In this document: piece by piece, positions 37,626-48,700 of the stretch
How the letters are laid out: the number at the start of each line of letters is the position of its first letter
Position numbering within the stretch: position 1 is the first letter of the stretch
NCBI RefSeq assembly: GCF_030684315.1
Contig: NC_081365.1
Location: 45,865,205 to 45,929,204 of the forward strand
Direction of reading: 5' to 3'
DNA from: Stegostoma tigrinum
Taxonomy: Eukaryota
DNA: 64,000 nucleotides
Notes under the pieces: generated by a model
Told to the model about the DNA's origin: nothing
What the model saw: the letters and a program-made list of their open reading frames with translations, nothing else
Database searches by the model: none
Translations under genes and position numbers: made by a program

Positions 37626-39634
37626 ACAGTGAGCCTAAAATTTGGGTCATGTAGTGCCCATTTTTCACATGCTACACTAGTCTCTTAAGGCTGGGCAGCC
37701 ATTGAATGTTAACTTGAACTAACGATGGATTTCATTGAAAGGAAGTAACAGTTGATTTACAGGTGATGTGGAGTTTAAGGACATTTCATAGTTTATTGGA
37801 TACTGCCACAATTTTACTTTTTTCGTAAGATCTGAGCTTGAATATTACAGAACACATTGAAAATAAAGTATCAACAAATATATAAAACTTGAATGTAGCT
37901 TGGAGTACAAGTGAAACAAATAATTACTAATTTTTAAATCTAACAAACAAAATGCTGACATCCTCATACTGGGGAAATAAAACTGAATCTAATTTCAGCC
38001 TGAACTGTATTGTACTGCATATATTCTGAACATCATACCAAATGTTCTGAAAATTATCTTAAATTACAGAATATATAAATTAATTTGTGTAGAGTGTAGA
38101 CTCCTTGCTGTCTGTCCGGTTATGTTTTAACAATGGTTTTATTCATTTTAGTAATGGATATGAATTTATAAAGCATTGAATCACAGAAATTCCAAAGCTG
38201 TTCAAAGAGCAGATCAGCTGAAAGACCAATTAATCTGCTTTTGGTGCTGTGGTGGGAGACCTGCCAGGTGGTATACAAGGAGAACTCAACAATCGTCTTT
38301 GCAAGGTGTCATAGTGCTTTCCACTGACACATGAACAGGGGAACAGACGTTGCAAAAATGTCCTGTGTTGGAGAATTATTCACAGGAACAAAATAATGTA
38401 TACATAAAGGCATAGATATGAAAGTGCAATGGAGATTTTTTTTGAAAAAGGCATGCAGAACACAAGTCATTGTACGCACATTGCAACCCATTAAGACGTT
38501 ATTAATAATGCTATTTTCCATTCAAAAATCCCATTTAAAGTTTAGCCTTTTTTTTCAATATTAGGTGTCTCTTAGCAGCTTATAGTTATATAGATAGCAC
38601 TGTCAACAGAGTAAAGTATCCAAGGTGCTTCACTGAAGCAAAAACAGCATTCCCTTCAGGATGGTTGCACCATTGATTTTTTTTCCTAATGGAAGCAGAG
38701 AGAGAAAGGGAGCACTTTGCAGTTATACATGTTTGTTGGGAGCAATAAATGGAAATCATCTGCATCTCAAAGCCCCATTTGAAATTTTTTTTGTTTTATG
38801 AACAGAAAATGCTTCTTTCTATCAGTCTACGTTTGGCATACAGTGTCAATGATTTGATCTTGCATATATAAAAAAATCATGTAATTTTCACCATGCCATA
38901 ATTCACCATTCCAGCCATGTTGACTCAAGCCCAGGAATCAGCGTGATGAATTAGTGGCCAGAATGAGTGCTTCAACTGGTTGTTGATGACTCCAATGAGG
39001 CTTCCACAGAGATGAAAACACATGTAAGAAGGAATACAGAATCATCACTAGTAAAATAGAGCAAGTATAAAAAAATTCTGCAGTTTTGCTTTAGTTGCCT
39101 GTACAATTTCAGATGAGTACTGCATTATGGTGGAAAACTCCATAATCATATGGCAAATTGCATGATTTTGACGATTTTTGTCCAAAATATATTTTATTAC
39201 TTCTATTTTTAACAATATATTACATGAAATACAAATTTACAGTTACATACAGGCAACATGTACAGTTTCAGGCAACATGGATAATATTGTTTCAATGCAG
39301 TATATCTGGAACCCCACTGCACACGCCATCATATTCTTTAATAATTTATTATGGGATGAAAATATTGCTAGCTAAGCCAGCCTTCGTCACCAATCTCCAA
39401 TGTCGTTGAGAAAGCAGGAGCCAGTGAGGGATGGAGTGGGGAGGAGGGGAGTGGACAGAAATGAAGCATCTCGGAGGACGAGCAATAGGAAGATAAAGGG
39501 ATCAGGGAGAAGAGGAAGTGAGAGTTGGGGCAGGGGTGTGCAAGTCTTTTAAATGTTGTAACTGGACCCACATCCACCACTTCCTTTGGGAGTTTCTTTC
39601 TCCTCACACCTCAAAAATATGCCCACTCGTCTTC

Positions 39635-42600
39635 AGGGATGGAGGGTTGAGGGGAGGTGGGGGATGGGGGTAAAGCGATGGATGGGGGGGAGAAGAGGTG
39701 GTGGGGGATGGGGTAAAGAGATGGTGGGGTTGAGGGTAAAGAGATGGATGGGGGGTGAAGAGGTGACGGTGGCAAAGAGGTGGTGGGGGCTGGGGGAGAG
39801 GTGGGAGATGGAAGAGAGATGGAGGAATGGAGGGGGATGGGGTAGAGAGGCAGAAGGAAAGAGGTAGGGGAATGGGGAGAAGTGTGCTGGGGAAGAGATG
39901 TGGAAGAAATAGGGGCATGGTCGGGGAGAGATGTGGAGAGGAAGAGATGGGGGTATGGTGGGGGAGAAATGTGGAGGGTGAGAGATGGGGGCGCGGTGGG
40001 GGAGAGATGTGGAGGGGGAGAGATGGGGGAGCGGTGGGGGAGAGAAGTGGAGAGGGAGAGATGGGGGCGTGGAGGGGGAGGGATGGGTGCGTGGGGGGGA
40101 CAGATATGGTGTTGGAGCGATGTGGAGGGGGAGAGATGGGGGTGTGGTGGGGGAAGAGATGTGGAGGGGGAGAGATGGGGGCGTGGTGGGGGACAGAAGT
40201 GAGGGACAGATGGGGGCGTGGAGGAGGAGAGATGGGGGCGTGATGGTGGTGTGGTGGTGGAGTGATGTGGAGGAGGAGAGATGGGGGCGTGGAGGGGAAG
40301 AGATGTGGAGGGGGAGAGATGTGGAGGGGGAGAGATGGGGACGTGGAGGGGGAGAGATGTGGAGGGGGAGAGATGGGGGCGTGGTGGGGAAGAGATGTGG
40401 AGGAGGAGAGACGGGGGCGTGGAGGGGGAGAGATGGGAGCGCGGTGGGGGAGAGCTGTGGAGGGGGAGAGATGTGGAGGGGGAGAGAAGTGGAGGGGAGA
40501 GATGGGGGTGCAGTGGGGGAGAGAAGTGGAGAGGGAGAGATGGGGCGTGGAGGGGGAGAGATGGAGGCATGATGGGGGAGAGATGGGGGCATGGTGGCGG
40601 AGTGATATGGAGGGGGAGAGATGGGGATTTGGTGGGGGAGAGATGTGGAGGGGGAGAGATGTGTGCGTGGGGGGGACAGATGTGGTGGGGGAGCGATGTG
40701 GAGGGGGAGAGATGGGGGTGTGGTAGGGGAAGAGATGTGGAGGGGGAGAGATGGGGGCGTGGTGGGGGAGAGATGGGGGCATAGTAGCGGAGCGATATAG
40801 AGGGGGAGAGATGTGGTGGGGAGAGATGGGGGCGTGGTGGCGGAGTGATGTGGAGGAGGAGAGATGTGGAGGGGGAGAGATGTGGGGGAGAGATGTGGAG
40901 GGGGAGAGATGGGGGCGTGGTGGCGGAGTGATGTGGAGGAGGAGAGATGGGGGCGTGGTGGGGGAGAGGCGTGGGGGGGAGAGATGGGAGCGCGGTGGGG
41001 GAGAGCTGTGGAGGGGGAGAGAACTGGAGGAGAGAAATGAGGGTAGTGGGGGGTGAGATGTGGAGGGGGAGAGATGGGGCCGTGGAGGGGGAGTTGTGGA
41101 CGGGGAGAAATGGGGGCGCGGTGGCGGAGAGATGTGGAGGGGGAGAGATGGAGGCGCGGTGGTGGAGAGATGTGGAGGGGGAGAGATGTGGATGGGGAGA
41201 GATGGGGGTGCGGTGGGGGAGAGATGGGGGTGTGGAGGGGGAGAGATGTGGAGGGAGAGATGGGGGCATGGTGGTGGAGAGATGTGGAGGGAGAGATGGG
41301 GGCATGGTGGTGGAGAGATGTGGAGGGGGAGAGATGTGGATGGGGAGAGATGGGGGCGCGGTGGGGGAGAGATGTGGAGGGGGAGAGATGTGGAGGGGGA
41401 GAGATGGGGAGGGGGAGAGATGGGGCATGGAGGGGGAGTTGTGGACGGGGAGAGATGGGGGCGCGGTAGCGGAGAGATGTGGAGGGGGAGAGATGGAGGC
41501 GCGGTGGTGGAGAGATGGGGGTGTGGAGGGGGAGAGATGTGGAGGGGGAGAGATGTGGATGGGGAGAGATGGGGGAGAGATGTGGAGGGGGAGAGATGTG
41601 GAGGGGGAGAGATGTGTGCGTGGGGGGGACAGATGTGGTGGGGGAGCGATGTGGAGGGGGAGAGATGGGGGTGTGGTAGGGGAAGAGATGTGGAGGGGGA
41701 GAGATGGGGGCGTGGTGGGGGAGAGATGGGGGCATAGTAGCGGAGCGATATAGAGGGGGAGAGATGTGGTGGGGAGAGATGGGGGCGTGGTGGCGGAGTG
41801 ATGTGGAGGAGGAGAGATGTGGAGGGGGAGAGATGTGGGGGAGAGATGTGGAGGGGGAGAGATGGGGGCGTGGTGGCGGAGTGATGTGGAGGAGGAGAGA
41901 TGGGGGCGTGGTGGGGGAGAGGCGTGGGGGGGAGAGATGGGAGCGCGGTGGGGGAGAGCTGTGGAGGGGGAGAGAACTGGAGGAGAGAAATGAGGGATGT
42001 GGGGGGTGAGATGTGGAGGGGGAGAGATGGGGCCGTGGAGGGGGAGTTGTGGACGGGGAGAAATGGGGGCGCGGTGGCGGAGAGATGTGGAGGGGGAGAG
42101 ATGGAGGCGCGGTGGTGGAGAGATGTGGAGGGGGAGAGATGTGGATGGGGAGAGATGGGGGTGCGGTGGGGGAGAGATGGGGGTGTGGAGGGGGAGAGAT
42201 GTGGAGGGAGAGATGGGGGCATGGTGGTGGAGAGATGTGGAGGGAGAGATGGGGGCATGGTGGTGGAGAGATGTGGAGGGGGAGAGATGTGGATGGGGAG
42301 AGATGGGGGCGCGGTGGGGGAGAGATGTGGAGGGGGAGAGATGTGGAGGGGGAGAGATGGGGAGGGGGAGAGATGGGGCATGGAGGGGGAGTTGTGGACG
42401 GGGAGAGATGGGGGCGCGGTAGCGGAGAGATGTGGAGGGGGAGAGATGGAGGCGCGGTGGTGGAGAGATGGGGGTGTGGAGGGGGAGAGATGTGGAGGGG
42501 GAGAGATGTGGATGGGGAGAGATGGGGGAGAGATGTGGAGGGGGAGAGATGTGGAGGGGGAGAGATAGGGGCGCAGTGGGGGAGAGATGTGGAGGGGGAG

Positions 42601-43410
42601 AGATGGGTGTGCAGTGAGGGAGAGATGTGGAGGGGGAGAGATGTGGAGGGGGAGAGATGTGGATGGGGAGAGATGGGGGTGCGGTGGGGGAGAGATGGGG
42701 GTGTGGAGGAGGAGAGATGTGGATGGGGAGAGATGGGGGTGCGGTGGGGGAGAGATGGGGGTGTGGAGGGGGAGAGATGTGGAGGGGGAGAGATGGGGCG
42801 TGGAGGGGGAGTTGTGGACGGGGAGAGATGGGGGCGCGGTGGCGGAGAGATGTGGAGGGGGAGAGATGGAGGCGCGGTGGTGGAGAGATGTGGAGGGGGA
42901 GAGAAGTGGATGGGGAGAGATGGGAGTGCGGTGGGGGAGAGATGGGGGTGTGGAGGGGGAGAGATGTGGAGGGAGAGATGGGGGCATGGTGGTGGAGAGA
43001 TGTGGAGGGGGAGAGATGTGGATGGGGAGAGATGGGGCACGGTGGGGGAGAGATGTGGAGGGGGAGAGATGTGGAGGGGGAGAGATAGGGGCGCAGTGGG
43101 GGAGAGATGTGGAGGGGGAGAGATGGGTGTGCAGTGAGGGAGAGATGTGGAGGGGGAGAGATGGGGGTGCGGTGGGGGAGAGATGGGGGTGTGGAGGAGG
43201 AGAGATGTGGATGGGGAGAGATGGGGGTGCGGTGGGGGAGAGATGGGGGTGTGGAGGAGGAGAGATTTGGATGGGGAGAGATGGGGGTGTGCAGGGGGAG
43301 AGATGTGGAGGGGGAGAGATGTGGAGGGGAAGCGGTTGGTGAGGAGATAGGTGGAGGGGATGGGTACGAGATGGGGTGGTAGGGAGTGAGGGTTGGGGGC
43401 GGAAGGGTGA
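39635..43410. repeat. Complex polypurine (G/A-rich) satellite; core 16-mer GGAGGGGGAGAGATGT with ~22-mer variants and a 953-bp higher-order duplication
   Basis: Directly visible. Near-identical ORFs recur at a constant 953-nt offset (40751/41704, 40947/41900, 41060/42013, 41479/42432). Confidence 0.97.
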
Positions 43411-43439
43411 ATCTGAGGAGTAGCTGTTGCTTGATCTTC

Positions 43440-43785
43440 CTAAGTCGGGCTCCCGGGGCACTTTTTTTGCAGGATGTTGTGAAATGACAGTCTGGGTTCG
43501 CTCACAAAGTGTACACAGGCCAAAGGAGGGGGCGGGGCTGCTGTTTGAAAGGTCCCCTCCCCTCTCTCCCCGTGTGGGAGGAAAAGCTGTATCCCCTAGT
43601 CAGTGGGACCTTTCAGCTCGGAACGATTGGCGGGTGCCGGCGATGTGGGACTGGATTAGCGGCGGACCGGGGCCTAGGAAATCACCGGCAGCGGCGGATC
43701 GTGGGGCTGGAGTCACCAGCGGGAGGCAGGTGAGCCGGACGGGAGATCGGTGTGGGGTGGGTGTAGTGATGGAGCAAAGTAAGTA
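43440..43785 (+). promoter_or_regulatory. Probable TIPRL promoter and non-coding first exon (donor at 43730, alternative GTAAGT at 43779)
   Basis: CpG-rich unique stretch; GC box GGGGCGGGGC at ~43529-43538; CAG|GTGAGC donor; the ATG exon is preceded by an acceptor, so an upstream exon is expected. Confidence 0.6.
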
Positions 43786-44559
43786 CCTGCACATCTGCCA
43801 ATGTGGTATACTGCATCCACTGTACCCGGTGCGGCTCCCTCTACATTGGGGAAACCAAGCGGAGGCTTGGGGACCGCTTTGCAGAACACCTCCGCTCAGT
43901 TCGCAACAAACAACTGCACCTCCCAGTCGCAAACCATTTCCACTCCCCCTCCCATTCTCTAGATGACATGTCCATCATGGGCCTCCTGCACTGCCACAAT
44001 GATGCCACCCGAAGGTTGCAGGAACAGGAACTCATATTCCGCCTGGGAACCCTGCAGCCATATGGTATCAATGTGGACTTCACCAGTTTCAAAATCTCCC
44101 CTTCCCCTACTGCATCCCTAAACCAGCCCAGTTTGTCCCCTCCCCCCACTGCACCACACAACCGGCCCAGCTCTTCCCCCCCACCCACTGCATCCCAAAA
44201 CCAGTCCCAACCTGTCTCTGCCTCCCTAACCCGTTCTTCCTCTCACCCATCCCTTCCTCCCACCCCAAGCCGCACCCCCATCTACCTACTAACCTCATCC
44301 CACCTCCTTGACCTGTCCGTCTTTCCTGGACTGACCTATCCCCTCCCTACCTCCCCACCTACACTCTCTCCACCTATCTTCTTTACTCTCCATCTTCCGT
44401 CCGCCTCCCCCCCTCTCCCCATCCCCCTCTCTGATGAAGGGTCTGGGCCCGAAACGTCAGCTTTTGTGCTCCTGAGATGCTGCTTGGCCTGCTGTGTTCA
44501 TCCAGCCTCACATTTTATTATCTTGGAATTCTCCAGCATCTGCAGTTCCCATTATCTCT
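43786..44559 (+). mobile_element. Young Penelope-like fragment (GIY-YIG domain and terminus) just inside the presumed TIPRL first intron
   Basis: VYCIHCTRCGSLYIGETKRRLGDRFAEHLRSV..GINVDFTSF, open; very similar to 2171-2965; intact hammerhead core at 44431-44460. Confidence 0.92.
44431..44460 (+). ncRNA. Minimal type I hammerhead ribozyme motif (Penelope terminal repeat)
   Basis: CUGAUGA-a-gggu(cugg)gccc-GAA-ACGU-C|ag: both conserved core boxes, stem II, palindromic ACGU in place of stem III, GUC cleavage triplet; stem I is short. Confidence 0.65.
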
Positions 44560-45609
44560 ATCAAACCGTACGAGAGGGGTTGATTAGAGTGAGAGTGGGG
44601 GTCGGGGCTCGGGGGGAACTGTAGCAATCAATTACAGATTCTTGTGCGGAGCTTGGAGATGCAAATAACTGAGAGTAGCATAGAACCATAGCCTGAGTGC
44701 GCTGGGGTTTTTCTCTGTTTTAATTTAATTCTTCGGCCTTCAAAGTTGATGATTAAAAGTTGTATATTTTGCCCTCGTGCCCCCCCCCGAAAAAAAAGTG
44801 GTGGGGAGCTGCTTTCCGGGAGTTCTTGAGGAGTAGGGCCACCCATCATCCTGTTAAACGAGTTCTGGATTTTAACCTAACAACAACCACAACAATGAAT
44901 GAATGGTCATATAGTTCCGAGTCAGGACGGTGTGGAAAGAAATTTGGAGATGATGGTGTTCCCATGCACCTGCTACCTATTTTTCTAGATGATAGAGATC
45001 ATGATTTCAACGTAGCAATTACCCAGGAATTTCACCGAACTTCTCTGATCATATTGTTTATTCCAAGATAGTGAACTTAATGTCTTGCAGATGTCCCTTG
45101 TTTTGATCTCGCTGAAAAACGTAATGGTACTTTATTGGAAGTAGAAAGAGGTCAGCCTTCAGGTACATGCTACGAGTCGTCGTGCAGAGTGTTTACTAAG
45201 AGCAACAGCAGTGTAGTGTTGTTTGATTAATCTTCTTTATTTAGCTGACCGTATAGCAGCTCTGGAAAGACCAATAATGTTAATTATATGATGTAACTGT
45301 AAATGTTTAATGCATCATTAATTTTACAGCCTTCAAAGTTATATTTTCATTATTTACAGAAATGCCCTCTGGTCACCTCTAGCATGGAGTCAAGTCTCTT
45401 AACAATAAACAGATTGGTTAAGTCTAAGCCTGATAAAATAATAAACAGTATATAAAAGTGATTTCTATAATACACTGTATGCTTATAGTCTTCAATCTCT
45501 AGTATTTATGCGATCAAAGATATGCTTGCACAGCCACTATACATACACTATAACCGAGATGATTTATTGAATTAACTGAATATTTTCTTTTAGGTGACAT
45601 TCAACCGCT

Positions 45610-45713
45610 ATGACAACACATAGTTTCAAAAACAGCAAGCAAGAATTTAACTTTGGACCATGGAAACTAACTGCCAACAAAAGCCATATTATGAAATCAA
45701 AGGACATTGAAAA
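45610..45713 (+). CDS. TIPRL: TIPRL coding exon 1 (exon begins at acceptor 45594)
   Basis: [35 protein letters not shown]; preceded by ttttcttttag| acceptor. Confidence 0.93.
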
Positions 45714-48700
45714 GTATGAAAATAACTTTGATTTCTAAACTAATTTACTGTCTAGTAATATCTCCATTTGCAAAAAGTAGAAATAATAACTTACTGATCC
45801 TGCATCAGGATAAGTCAAACATTTATAAGTGCAGTGCCTCATCTGTTATAGTAAAAAAAATTGTCTCCTGGGGGCAGGTCCAGCAAGAGCGGACCATTTT
45901 ATCTACTCATCATTTAATTATAATAGGTTTTTAGCAAAAAGGATGTGGCTACCAAAAGCATCAGTGAGTGTTAAACTGTTTGTGTGCTGTGACAGTAAAG
46001 GATAAGGATGTAAATATCCTTGATTTTTGCTTTTGAAAGGAAGAAAGGATTAATGTATATTGTACTTGTTCTCTGAAACTGATGAAAATCCCTCCAACAA
46101 TCACATATACAAACAGTTGACAGTTCGGGAGGATAGATGACACAATTTTAGTTGAGCAAGGTGAAAGGGATTGGACTCTTAACATTTGATGACTTTGAAG
46201 GCTTCAAGTTGAGCGTGGTAATTTTCCTGAGTTCCTTGTTGAGGATGTTTAAAGATAGATTATTTATCTGTCCTTATGAAGATAGCTGCTATGTTAAGTT
46301 TTTTTTTAACAAAATCTCAGTGCTACATGGAGCGGAAGAAACTGCAGACAGGGTTCGAAACTTGCAAGTTGTTGAGATAGAGATCCATATGAGATTGCTA
46401 ATGTTTCAGCACTGAAAGTGCTTGTCCTGATTTGCAGACAAAGCAGGTGCTGAAACATACAATGGGTTAGCTGGTTTGTCACATGATTCTGTTTCTTCAA
46501 TTGTCCAGTTACCCCAAATATTTTTGGGTTATTGTGGATTCCATGTGTAAAACTTACATGATCAGATGACTTGTTTTCTGAGCCAGAGCCTTATTGTTTA
46601 GGTGGTTAAGTCTAAGCTTGTCTGTAACACAGCAAAATGGTCATATGGTATGGTTGTTGGCTCTTCAGTCTGCCAAAAGCTGAATTCATGTTCAAGGTGA
46701 CTGAACCTTTTCAACTCCTGTATGTATGACCTGTATGTACATACACTTCCTGATGGGCAAAAACTAGAATTTGAAGTTGACTTGTTGTAAGCTGGAATCA
46801 GAATTGCACAAACTTGACTTTTCCTCTGTTTTGTAATGGAATGGTAGGAGCTTGAATACAATGTGAAAAACTATTTTCCAAAAGTTTAGCTACAATTCTT
46901 GAAGAATTTAATAGAACGTATCCTCAAGAAATGAGACTTATATTGAATAAATTGGATCCATAATTTTGTTTTAGTTTATACTTGAATGTAAACCTAGATC
47001 TTTAGTCCTTCTGTGGAGCAATGGTAGGGTCCTCACCTCTAGACTAGGAAGCTTCAACTGATGAATCTCCTGCAGGGCAGGTGGGACATTGAGGTGTGTA
47101 ACAACATCTATGAACGAGTTTATTAGAAAATATTTAAACCTAGATCTTACAGCTGTTTGGTGACATTGTTGATAATGTGTAATTTAGGTAAAAGTACTGT
47201 AATGGTTGCTGTCTATTCTAATGTTTTCAACTTTACTCTGACTGATACAGGTTAGCTCAGGAAATGAAAATGCATTCCCTTCCCGAGATGTTGTTTGGTG
47301 ATAATGTCTTAAAAGTCCAACATGCAGGAGGATTTGGAATTTCATTTAATGCTACAGATGCCTTAAGGACAGTGGATAACGGCCATGGCACAGTGAAAGT
47401 TGCTTGTGCGGAGGCGTGGCAAGAAAGCAGGTGAGGTCAGATACCTTAAGTCCAAAAATATTATTTAGTTTAGCAGATAATATCTTAAATAAGACCCAGT
47501 GGTTTTAATCGTTGCTAATACAGTGCCAGTTTGATTATTTATATCTTGTATTTGAAGTTTTTTTCACAGGTGATTCAGATTAATTTTCAGGTATTGGAAT
47601 TAGTGTCTTACTATATTTTACAATTTCATAGTTAAAAGTGCATTATGCTGGGATTATCTTAATTTGGAGGTGTGTTTTGCCTGATTGCAGAATGAATTAG
47701 AGTAGGTTTTGTGTAATAAATTTAAGATAATTATTTGTTTTAATCTTAGGGCTGATTCCGAACACTCTAAAGAAGTTGTTAAACCCTACGATTGGACTTT
47801 TACTACAGATTATAAAGGAACATTACTTGGTGACGAGTTAAAGCTAAAGGTAATTTGTGACAACGTTGACTTTACTCCACCAATTTGTTATATTAGTATT
47901 CGTGCTTAAGAATATTCCATAGATACATGGTTATATGTAATGGCTGGAAATTTGGTCTAATGAAGTGAATCTTCAAAATGTTATCAAATTTATGAACTCT
48001 TTGTCTTTTTATTAGTGTTATTGTAATGTCCAAGGATAATTTTATCCGTGTAATAACTTTGTTATTAGATAGTATTGTGTAGCCATTCTTTAGTTGGTTG
48101 AGTGATATGCATTCATCTCGTTTCTAGGTTACTCCTACAACTGAACGTATTGATTTGGAAAAATTGAAAACAAGAGAGCAGATCATGTATTTTGAAGAAG
48201 TTTTGTTGTTTGAAGATGAACTTCATGACCATGGTGTCTCCATGCTCAGTGTGAAAGTGGTAAGATGTATGATCTTGCAGGTCTCATTACAAAAGTTGTT
48301 AATGACACCATCCTGTAAGCAGTGAAAGCTGAAAATAAAATATATATAGTGAATTCTCTGGTAAGTACTAGGATCATTGCCTTTTCTTATCAATATTAAT
48401 GACCTGAATTTGGATATACATCATGCAATTTCAAAATGTGCAGGTGTCCTGTGTGTTGAAAGTATTGAGAACTATAAACTGTGAAAAGTTACAGACTTTG
48501 ATAGGCTGATGAAAATATGTGGGAGATGAAATATAATACAGAGAAAGGTGGTGAGATATTTTTGCCTGGAGTGAGGGAAAGGTAACATAAAACAAAGATT
48601 ACAATTCTAAATGGGTGCCAGACAGAAGGAAGGGAAAGTGGGAGCATAATGCAAAAGTGTTTGAACGGCTTACAATTGTTAATTAACATTCTGTGGTACA

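Noticed and set aside
39604-43461. 1285-, 1135- and 605-aa Pro/Ser/His-rich minus-strand ORFs and many Gly/Trp/Arg-rich plus-strand ORFs
   Set aside because: All are translations of the satellite, whose composition lacks stop codons; long ORFs in all three minus frames and no domain or splice support.
45714-45721. TIPRL GTAT donor as a U12-type intron
   Set aside because: Reads GTATGAAA, not the U12 consensus GTATCCTT.
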